From the NCBI GenBank assembly GCA_903852325.1, contig CAINQO010000035.1:34117-98116 (forward strand): 64,000 nt of DNA, read 5' to 3'. Source of the DNA: Candidatus Omnitrophota bacterium. Its GTDB lineage: Bacteria > Omnitrophota > Gorgyraeia > Gygaellales > Profunditerraquicolaceae. The position numbers were made by a program, and so were the translations under genes. This document shows, one piece after another, positions 55,646 to 64,000 of this stretch (positions are counted from its first letter, which is position 1; each line of letters opens with the position of its first letter). Under the pieces are notes generated by a model, which was given only the letters and a program-made list of their open reading frames with translations, was not told where the DNA came from and did not search any database.

Positions 55646-56203
55646 ATGGATATTCTGTTGCACATCTGCTGCGGGCCTTGTTTGATTTATCCTTTCGGCA
55701 AATTAAAAGAAAAAGGATTTAATATCCGGGGTTATTACTATAATCCCAATCTCTATCCGCAGGATGAATATCTTCGCCGCGTTGAGGCGCTGCAGCTCTT
55801 ATGCCGGGAATTTTCGCTGGAGGTCGCCTATCCCGGGCACAACCCTGAGGATTTTTCCCGGACAGTTAAATCCCTGGAAGATCCTTTGGCAAAACAGCGC
55901 TGCGTTTTATGCTGGTCATTGCGTTTGCGTAAGACCGCCCAGGCGGCCAGGGAAGCCGGCGTAAAAACGTTCAGCACTACTTTATTGGTCAGCCCGTACC
56001 AGGATCATGACGCGTTGCGCCGTTTAGGCACTCAGATCGCCCGGGAAACCGGCGTAGATTTTTATTATGAAGATTTCCGCCCCGGGTTTAAATGGGCGCA
56101 GCAGGAAGCGAAAGATAAAGGTATTTACCGGCAAAAATATTGCGGCTGCGAATATTCCATGGTGAAAACAAAACCGGCCGCACCGGTCCAGGCAAAAAAA
56201 TGA
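55646..56203 (+). CDS. queH: Epoxyqueuosine reductase QueH (DUF208)
   Basis: HICCGPC...YNPN...C..C Cys motifs of the QueH family. 185 aa. Confidence 0.85.
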   Translation: MDILLHICCGPCLIYPFGKLKEKGFNIRGYYYNPNLYPQDEYLRRVEALQLLCREFSLEVAYPGHNPEDFSRTVKSLEDPLAKQRCVLCWSLRLRKTAQAAREAGVKTFSTTLLVSPYQDHDALRRLGTQIARETGVDFYYEDFRPGFKWAQQEAKDKGIYRQKYCGCEYSMVKTKPAAPVQAKK

Positions 56204-57378
56204 AAGCTAAAATATTACTCTTAATTTTATTTTGCGTTTTAGGCGGGAGGCCCGGGGCTGGGGCTCAGGATGATGCGCTTGGCGTTAAAACGCAGGAACC
56301 GCGGGGGGTCTGGGTATCGGTTTTTTCCGGGAAGAAAATACTTTATTCCGAGCAGGGGGTTTATGACCTGATCGCCCAGTGCAAGAAGGCCAGGATCAAT
56401 GAAATTTACCTGCAAATCTTCCAATCCGGCAACGCTTATTATGATTCCCGGATCGGCGATAAAACAAAATACAGCCAGATGGTCGCTTCTGCCGGCTTAG
56501 ATACCCTGGATTTATTGCTGCGGGAGGCTAGCCAGAGCAATATCAAAGTTTTTGCCTGGGTGAATGTCCTGGGGCTGGGAAGGAATGACAAGGCGGATAT
56601 CCTGAAAAAATACGGTAATTCCATTCTTACCCGCGACCAATACCTGAGGCCGTCGAAGATCTCCACTACTACCGAGCTGGATAAATATTATCAAAGAGAG
56701 GATATGATATTCCTGGAGCCCGGAGACCCTAAAGTGGAAGCTTACGCGCTGACGATCATCAATGAAATCATTAACCGTTATCCGTTGTTCAGCGGAATAC
56801 ACCTGGATTATATCCGTTATCCTTCTCCGGTCCCGTTCCCTCCCGGTTCACGCTTTAATAAGTTCGGTTTAACCTACGGATACGGCCCGGCCAATATCGA
56901 AAGGTTCCGAGAAAAGACCGGGATCAATGTTTTAGATACCCTCAATAACGAGGATGAATATCTGGCTTGGGATAACTGGAAGCGCCAGCAGGTCACGGAT
57001 CTGGTGCGTAAAATTTCCAGCCTGGTTAGAGTCAAGTCTCTGGCTTTAACTGTTTCCTGCGCGGTGGTCCCGGTGGTTGAGCGCGCTTACGCTAATGCGT
57101 TCCAGGACTGGTCGGAGTGGCTGGATGAGGGGATCGTCGATTATGTGGTATTGATGTCCTATACTAAAGACAACCAGTTTGCTAAAGAAGTGGTCAAAAG
57201 CGCCCTGGGCCACCGCGGCAAAGGTAAGATTTATGCCGGGATCGGGGTATTTTTGATGAAAAACAATCCGGATCTGTTTTTTAACCAGTTACACGCGGTT
57301 ACCGCGCTGGCTCCCGACGGCATAGTTTTCTATTCTATCGATGACCTGAACGATCAGATCATCGGCTACCTGGATTAA
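56200..57378 (+). CDS. Secreted glycoside-hydrolase-like family 10 (GHL10/DUF187) protein
   Basis: Signal peptide MKAKILLLILFCVLGGRPGAGAQD. (beta/alpha)8-like core with conserved HLDYIRYP. Start set at the ATG at 56200 (ATGA overlap with the queH stop). The track ORF starts upstream, inside queH. Confidence 0.65.
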   Translation: MKAKILLLILFCVLGGRPGAGAQDDALGVKTQEPRGVWVSVFSGKKILYSEQGVYDLIAQCKKARINEIYLQIFQSGNAYYDSRIGDKTKYSQMVASAGLDTLDLLLREASQSNIKVFAWVNVLGLGRNDKADILKKYGNSILTRDQYLRPSKISTTTELDKYYQREDMIFLEPGDPKVEAYALTIINEIINRYPLFSGIHLDYIRYPSPVPFPPGSRFNKFGLTYGYGPANIERFREKTGINVLDTLNNEDEYLAWDNWKRQQVTDLVRKISSLVRVKSLALTVSCAVVPVVERAYANAFQDWSEWLDEGIVDYVVLMSYTKDNQFAKEVVKSALGHRGKGKIYAGIGVFLMKNNPDLFFNQLHAVTALAPDGIVFYSIDDLNDQIIGYLD

Positions 57379-57415
57379 ACCCAAAGCCACATTTAAATAA
57401 AATAAGACTATCGCA

Positions 57416-58408
57416 ATGTTAAAGCTTGCTGAATTTGACTATCTTCTTTCCAAGGAGCTGATCGCCCAATACCCTTTAGAAAAAAGGGAGGCGGCCAGGC
57501 TTTTAACGGTTAACCGCAAAGACGGCCGGATCAGCCATACGGTGTTCAGCCAGCTCGGGAGTTTTTTGGAAAAAAATGATTTACTGGTGCTTAACGATAC
57601 CAAGGTGCTGCATTGCCGTTTGATCGGGAAGAAGATCACCGGAGGTAAAGTGGAAATTTTGCTTACCCGCCGCTTAAACGGCACCGCTTTTTCCTGCCTG
57701 GTCCAGCCCAGCCGGACCAAGGTGGGGGAAAAGATCCTTTTTGCCGCGGGGGCGATCACCGGAATTTTAAGCGGACGGGGGCAGATCAGTTTTAAACAGG
57801 CGGATGCGGATGCGATTTACGGTTATGGAGTGGTTCCTCTTCCTCCCTATATCAAGCGGGAGCCGGAAGAGCTGGACACCCGGTATTATCAGACGGTTTA
57901 TGCCAGGAACGAAGGGGCGCTGGCCAGCCCCACTGCCGGTTTGCATTTTACGCCGGAAGGCTTAAAACAGCTTCAGGGCGCGGGGGTTAACCTGGCCTAT
58001 GTCACTTTACATGTGGGGTTAGGGACTTTTCGTCCGGTAAAATGTGAAAATATAACCGAGCATAAAATGGAGCCGGAAAGTTTCCTGGTTCCCGACGCGA
58101 CCATTGAGGCGCTGGCGACAGTAAAAGAGCATAAGGGCAGGGTGATTGCCGTGGGTACCACCAGCTTGCGGGCGCTGGAGACTTATGCCTCCGGCAGCAG
58201 GCAGGGGAATACCGATTTATTCATTTACCCGGGATATAAATTCAAATTAGTGGACGCTTTGTTGACCAATTTTCATCTGCCGATGACCACTCTTTTTATG
58301 CTGGTTTGCGCTTTTGCCGGAAAAGAGTTAATGCTTAAGGCGTATCAGGAAGCGGTGGAGCAAAAGTATCGTTTTTACAGCTACGGCGACGCAATGTTAA
58401 TAGTGTAA
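57416..58408 (+). CDS. queA: S-adenosylmethionine:tRNA ribosyltransferase-isomerase
   Basis: MLKLAEFDYLLSKELIAQYPLEKREAARLL and HVGLGTFRPV. 330 aa. Confidence 0.95.
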   Translation: MLKLAEFDYLLSKELIAQYPLEKREAARLLTVNRKDGRISHTVFSQLGSFLEKNDLLVLNDTKVLHCRLIGKKITGGKVEILLTRRLNGTAFSCLVQPSRTKVGEKILFAAGAITGILSGRGQISFKQADADAIYGYGVVPLPPYIKREPEELDTRYYQTVYARNEGALASPTAGLHFTPEGLKQLQGAGVNLAYVTLHVGLGTFRPVKCENITEHKMEPESFLVPDATIEALATVKEHKGRVIAVGTTSLRALETYASGSRQGNTDLFIYPGYKFKLVDALLTNFHLPMTTLFMLVCAFAGKELMLKAYQEAVEQKYRFYSYGDAMLIV

Positions 58409-58418
58409 ATAATTTTGG

Positions 58419-58490
58419 TTTAGTAGTGAGGGTTAGGCTAGGCAGTGTGTTAAGTAGTGGGGTTGGGTAGTGGGTAATACTCACTACTAA
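58419..58490. repeat. G-rich hairpin repeat (11-bp stem TTAGTAGTGAG/CTCACTACTAA around a G-run loop), related to 21128
   Basis: Loop GGTTAGGCTAGGCAGTGTGTTAAGTAGTGGGGTTGGGTAGTGGGTAATA contains at least 5 G-runs. Shares the GTAGTGGG and ACTACTAAT words with the 21128 repeat. Confidence 0.5.
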
Positions 58491-58517
58491 TACATTTCTG
58501 AATTTTAGGGTTAATAA

Positions 58518-60307
<1,790 letters not shown>

Positions 60308-60314
60308 GGAAAAG

Positions 60315-60432
60315 TTTCGCCTCAGATTCTGCGTCAAAATTCTCTGGAATTTTGACGCATTCGGCGAAATAAATTCGCAGACGGCCTGGCGGCCTACGAC
60401 TTACGTCGCTGCCGCTTCCGTAAGTCGTCTGC
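60315..60432 (+). promoter_or_regulatory. Highly structured 150-nt leader between trmD and rplS (candidate r-protein L19 autoregulatory leader)
   Basis: Hairpin 1 is TTTCGCC...GCGTCAAAATT-CTCTGG-AATTTTGACGC...GGCGAAA (11-bp perfect inner stem). Hairpin 2 is GCAGACG..CGACTTACG....CGTAAGTCG.TCTGC. The RBS GGGAAGGAG follows. Confidence 0.4.
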
Positions 60433-60461
60433 TCATTTAAGAAAGGGAAGGAGTAATAAGC

Positions 60462-60818
60462 ATGGACATTAAATCAATTGAGGCAGGTTTTACGAGAAAA
60501 GAGATGCCGGCGATCAATGTCGGGGATACGGTGAAGGTAATGACCAGGATCCCCGAAGGGCCGGATAAGTTCCGCTTGCACCCGTTTGAGGGAGTGGTGA
60601 TCGCTAAAAGCGGTTCGGGCACCAAGCTTAATTTTACGGTGAGAAAAGTTTCTTCCGGCGAGGGGGTCGAAAGGGTGTTCCCGCTGTATTCGCCGGTAAT
60701 CGACCGGATCGAGATCATCCGTTTAGGTAAGGTTAAACGCGCCAAGCTCTACTACCTAAGAGAGAAAATCGGCAAGCATGCCACTAAGATCGAAGTCAAA
60801 GAAGAAAAAGTCCAGTAG
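60462..60818 (+). CDS. rplS: 50S ribosomal protein L19
   Basis: Close overall match to bL19. 118 aa. Confidence 0.95.
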   Translation: MDIKSIEAGFTRKEMPAINVGDTVKVMTRIPEGPDKFRLHPFEGVVIAKSGSGTKLNFTVRKVSSGEGVERVFPLYSPVIDRIEIIRLGKVKRAKLYYLREKIGKHATKIEVKEEKVQ

Positions 60819-61434
60819 CCCCATATCCTACGAAAAAAAACTTAAGCACCAGGGCTATGATTTAATTATCGGCTTGGATGAGGTAGGGCGCGGTTCTTTA
60901 GCCGGCCCTGTAGCCGCGGCTGCGGTCTGGTTGAAAGATTTTAAATTCAAGCACCGGGTAGATGATTCCAAAAAATTGACCCCGGAAAGAAGAGCGCGCG
61001 CTTTTTCCGAAATAAAAAGCAAATCTTTATACGCCATTGCCCTGATCAACCACCGCAAGATCGACCAGGTCAACATCCATCAGGCGACCATTTTAGCCAT
61101 GCAAAAAGCGGTGGCGCAGCTGTCCCGGCAATTAAGCGCTGAAGAATTAAAACGCGCTTTTGTGCTTATCGACGGCAACTTGCGGATCGAATTAGAGCTG
61201 CCTTACCGCAGCATCGTCGGGGGGGATGCCAAATCGCGCAGTATCTCCGCGGCGAGCATCCTGGCTAAGGTGTACCGGGACCAAATTATGGGTATCTTTG
61301 ACGGGCTTTACCCGGAATACGGATTTATCAGGCACAAAGGTTACGGGACTGCCCTGCATTTAAGGGCGATCAGGGAAAAAGGCCCGGCAGCCATCCATCG
61401 CAAAAGTTTTATCGAGTGGGCAGGGAAAACTTAG
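60778..61434 (+). CDS. rnhB: Ribonuclease HII
   Basis: LIIGLDEVGRGSLAGPVAAAAV with a Lys/Ser-rich N-terminal extension. The true start is uncertain (41-nt overlap with rplS). 218 aa as drawn. Confidence 0.8.
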   Translation: MPLRSKSKKKKSSSPISYEKKLKHQGYDLIIGLDEVGRGSLAGPVAAAAVWLKDFKFKHRVDDSKKLTPERRARAFSEIKSKSLYAIALINHRKIDQVNIHQATILAMQKAVAQLSRQLSAEELKRAFVLIDGNLRIELELPYRSIVGGDAKSRSISAASILAKVYRDQIMGIFDGLYPEYGFIRHKGYGTALHLRAIREKGPAAIHRKSFIEWAGKT

Positions 61435-61796
61435 ATTTCGCAAAAACCGCGGAAGACGCGGCCGCCGGATTTATAAAGGCTAAAGGATATAAGATCCTTG
61501 AGCGTAATTATAGAAATAAATTCGGGGAGATCGATATTATCGCCCGGGAGAAGGGGGTGATCTGTTTCCTGGAGGTTAAGGCCAGGCGCAGCCGGCAATG
61601 CGGGGCGCCGGAAGAAGCGGTTGGCGCCATGAAACAAAAGCAGATCTGCCGGGTGGCGGTCAGTTATTTAAAATCCAAAAACTCCCTTGCGCTTCCGGCG
61701 CGTTTTGATGTCGTAGCGCTTTTATATTCCGGGAATCTCCCGGAGATAGCGTTGATCAAAAACGCTTTTGAATTAAACCCGGATTTTACCATTTAA
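61416..61796 (+). CDS. yraN: YraN-family (UPF0102) endonuclease
   Basis: FGEIDIIAREKGVICFLEVKARRS. 126 aa. Confidence 0.8.
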   Translation: MGRENLDFAKTAEDAAAGFIKAKGYKILERNYRNKFGEIDIIAREKGVICFLEVKARRSRQCGAPEEAVGAMKQKQICRVAVSYLKSKNSLALPARFDVVALLYSGNLPEIALIKNAFELNPDFTI

Positions 61797-61799
61797 ATT

Positions 61800-62363
61800 A
61801 TGAAATATAAAACCCAGAGCCTGACTCAGTACTTAAAAGACCTTTCCGCCAAGCTTCCCGCTCCGGGAGGCGGATCCGCGGCGGCATTTACCGCCGCGAT
61901 GGGGTCAGCGTTGCTGAGCATGGTGGTGAATTTTACTTTAGGCAAACCTAAGTACGCGCGTTTTGAGAAAGAATTAACTCTGATCCTGTCTAAGACAGAG
62001 GCTTTCCGGAAAGAATTCCTGGAATTGGTGGATGCGGATGTCGCCGCCTACCGCAGTAAGAATATCAGAAAAGCTTTGGCCGTGCCCCTGAAAGTGGCGC
62101 GGCTTTGTATCCGGGCGCTGGATTTGTGCCTGCCGCTGGCAAAAAAAGGAAATGTTAATTTGGTCAGTGATGTGGCGGTAGCGGCTGATCTTCTGGAGTC
62201 CGCTTTTTCCGCCGCCGCTTTTAATGTTAGAATTAACCTGAAAAATTTAGGGGACCAGAAGCTTACGCAAAAGACGCGCCAGGAACTTGAGCGGATGCAT
62301 AAGATCGCGCGTGAGATCCGCAAGGATACGGAGGAGAGGGTTGGCAAAGTTATTAGAGGGTAA
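61800..62363 (+). CDS. Cyclodeaminase/cyclohydrolase family protein (FTCD C-terminal-like, methenyl-THF cyclohydrolase-type)
   Basis: LPAPGGGSAAAFTAAMGSALLSMVVNFTLGK matches the FTCD_C signature. 187 aa. Adjacent to folD and metF. Confidence 0.7.
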   Translation: MKYKTQSLTQYLKDLSAKLPAPGGGSAAAFTAAMGSALLSMVVNFTLGKPKYARFEKELTLILSKTEAFRKEFLELVDADVAAYRSKNIRKALAVPLKVARLCIRALDLCLPLAKKGNVNLVSDVAVAADLLESAFSAAAFNVRINLKNLGDQKLTQKTRQELERMHKIAREIRKDTEERVGKVIRG

Positions 62364-63186
62364 GGAAGTCGCGGATAAGATCAAACAGGAGCTTAAAGCC
62401 AGCGTCCCGGGCTTAAAAAATCCTCCGGTATTGGCCAGCATTTTAGTGGGAGATAATCCCAGCGCGGTAGCTTATGTAAAGACCCAGGCTAAAACCGCTG
62501 CCAGCCTGGGGATTGTTTATAAACTGCATCAGTTTCCTACGATCAGCGAGGAACAATTAATCGATTTTGTGCTTAAGCTTAATGATGACCCCTCGGTTAA
62601 CGGGATCATTCTTCAGGTTCCGCTGCCTAAAGAGATCGACTATATGACCGTTTGCGAATTTATCCTTCCCCATAAAGATATTGAAGGGATGCATCCGACC
62701 AATATCGGTAAAGTGCTTTTTGGCCGGGCCAGGATCGCTGCCTGCACCGCTAACGCCGTAATTGAGCTTTTGAATTCTACCGGAGTGGATTTATACGGGA
62801 AAGAAGTAGTGGTCGTTGGCCACAGCGAGATCGTCGGCAAACCTTTAGCGATGCTCCTTTTGGAAAAGTTTGCCACGGTCACTATCTGCCATATCGCTAC
62901 CAGTCAGGCCGGTAAATTAAAAGAGCACGTGCAAAGGGCGGAAATCCTGATCGTGGCGGTGGGCCATCCGGGTTTAATCAAGGGGGAATGGGTAAGGCCG
63001 GGCGCGATTGTCGTGGATGTGGGCATGAATCATGTGGAGAATGATAGGATCGTCGGGGACGTGGAGTTTGATGCGGCCAAGGAACGCGCTGCCTACATTA
63101 CCCCGGTGCCTGGCGGAGTGGGCCCGATCACTGTCGCGATTTTAATGCGTAACCTTGTGGAAGCAGCCAAAGAGCAGCAGTCCTAA
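62341..63186 (+). CDS. folD: Bifunctional methylene-THF dehydrogenase / methenyl-THF cyclohydrolase
   Basis: LLEGKEVADKIK...ILVGDNPSAVAYVKTQAK...GHSEIVGKPLAMLL...PVPGGVGP. Start proposed at TTG 62341, preceded by GGAGGAGAGGG. The track ATG at 62287 lies deep inside the previous gene. Confidence 0.8.
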   Translation: MAKLLEGKEVADKIKQELKASVPGLKNPPVLASILVGDNPSAVAYVKTQAKTAASLGIVYKLHQFPTISEEQLIDFVLKLNDDPSVNGIILQVPLPKEIDYMTVCEFILPHKDIEGMHPTNIGKVLFGRARIAACTANAVIELLNSTGVDLYGKEVVVVGHSEIVGKPLAMLLLEKFATVTICHIATSQAGKLKEHVQRAEILIVAVGHPGLIKGEWVRPGAIVVDVGMNHVENDRIVGDVEFDAAKERAAYITPVPGGVGPITVAILMRNLVEAAKEQQS

Positions 63187-63221
63187 GGGAACATCTCCTT
63201 AAATCACCCAAAATTAAGCCA

Positions 63222-64000
63222 ATGACCTTTAAAGAAAAAATCCAGGCGGGTAAATTTTTACTTACTTCCGAGGTGGGGCCGGAAAAAGGGATTCACGCAG
63301 ACAGGTTATTAAAAGACGCCGAGCTGATCCGCAATAAAGTCGACGCGATTAACGTTACGGACTTGCAGAGCTCGGTAATGCGCCTGGGCTCATTGACCGT
63401 AAGTTTCCTGCTCAAACAAAAAGGTTTTGAACCGATTTATCAGCTGACCTGCCGGGACCGCAACCGCCTGGCGCTGCAATCCGACCTGCTTTCGGCCGGC
63501 GCTTTGGGGATCCAGAATATCCTTATTGCTACCGGAGACCATCCCAGTTTAGGTGACCATCCCCAGGCAAAACCGGTGTTTGACCTGGATTCGGTGCAAT
63601 TGATCCAGGTGGCTAAAAAACTGGAATCAGGTTTCGATATGCAGGGGCATAAGTTAGACGGAGAGCCTCCGGAATTCTGCGTGGGGGCGGTGGTTAATCC
63701 CGGCTCCGACCCTTTGGAGCCGCAAATAATGAAAATGGAGAAAAAATTTGCCGCCGGCGCGGAATTTTTCCAGACCCAGGGGGTTTTTGACCTGGCTGCT
63801 TTCGAAAACTTTATCTCTCGGACCAGGCATATCAAGGCCCCGGTGGTGGCCGGAATAATTTTACTCAAGTCGGCGGCGATGGCCCGTTATATGAACAAGC
63901 ACGTTGCCGGAATCAGCGTTCCGGATAATTTGATCCAGGAAATGCAGGAAAGTAAGGACAAAACGGCAACTTCTATCCAAATTGCCAGCCGACTGATCAA
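63222..64000 (+). CDS. metF: Methylenetetrahydrofolate reductase (3' end beyond the window)
   Basis: MTFKEKIQAGKFLLTSEV...AINVTDLQSSVMRLGSL...QLTCRDRNRLALQSDLL. TIM-barrel MTHFR signature. The ORF runs to the window edge. Confidence 0.8.
   Translation, partial: MTFKEKIQAGKFLLTSEVGPEKGIHADRLLKDAELIRNKVDAINVTDLQSSVMRLGSLTVSFLLKQKGFEPIYQLTCRDRNRLALQSDLLSAGALGIQNILIATGDHPSLGDHPQAKPVFDLDSVQLIQVAKKLESGFDMQGHKLDGEPPEFCVGAVVNPGSDPLEPQIMKMEKKFAAGAEFFQTQGVFDLAAFENFISRTRHIKAPVVAGIILLKSAAMARYMNKHVAGISVPDNLIQEMQESKDKTATSIQIASRLI

Overview
This 64 kb window is entirely co-directional: about 65 genes, all on the + strand, tightly packed, with many ATGA/GTGA start-stop overlaps, from a Gram-negative-type bacterium (LPS, Lpt, RseP present). 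Gene order is: aroC (3' end), spoVG, aroK, dprA, topA, xerC-like recombinase, then a large LPS block. The LPS block contains waaA, lpxK, an lpxL-like acyltransferase fused to an ELM1/DUF1022-like domain, GT4-GT9 and GT9-GT9 fusion glycosyltransferases, a deoxyhypusine-synthase-like protein, kinase-only hldE, kdsB-kdsA-kdsD-kdsC and lptC/A-lptB. After it come tig, clpP, a serC-type aminotransferase, serA, purA, a GH57/DUF4912 glucan cluster, uppS-cdsA-dxr-rseP-ispG, cpaF, proS, rimP-nusA-infB, trpS, scpA, ruvB, queH-GHL10-queA-tgt, trmD-rplS-rnhB-yraN, and an fchA-folD-metF C1 cluster. The most interesting content is non-coding. (1) A repeated 5' leader element occurs six or more times, in front of unrelated genes (GT4, hldE, tig, purA, scpA, and a hairpin variant before the GT4-GT9 gene). 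An upstream arm, consensus (G)ATGAACCCCGCACCTTCTTC, is the exact complement of the downstream Shine-Dalgarno plus start-codon arm AAGAAGGTGCGGGGTGAA. The arms are separated by 40-110 nt and show compensatory base changes between copies. Two copies carry a conserved 26-codon uORF (MNPAPS...RF...NKKEGAG) whose TGA overlaps the main start codon. (2) A second conserved structured element lies upstream of both clpP and queH; its stem covaries and its loop contains a shared ATATTCGAATAT palindrome. (3) G-rich and heptamer-repeat long-hairpin intergenic repeats are present. No rRNA, tRNA, CRISPR or transposase was recognised. Several intergenic motifs (12-bp palindromes, tandem hairpins, a structured 150-nt rplS leader) and several atypical proteins (STAS-PilZ fusion, PPIase-less trigger factor, single-repeat UPF0016, a lipoprotein with a degenerate metallophosphatase domain, an orphan CpaF ATPase) merit follow-up.
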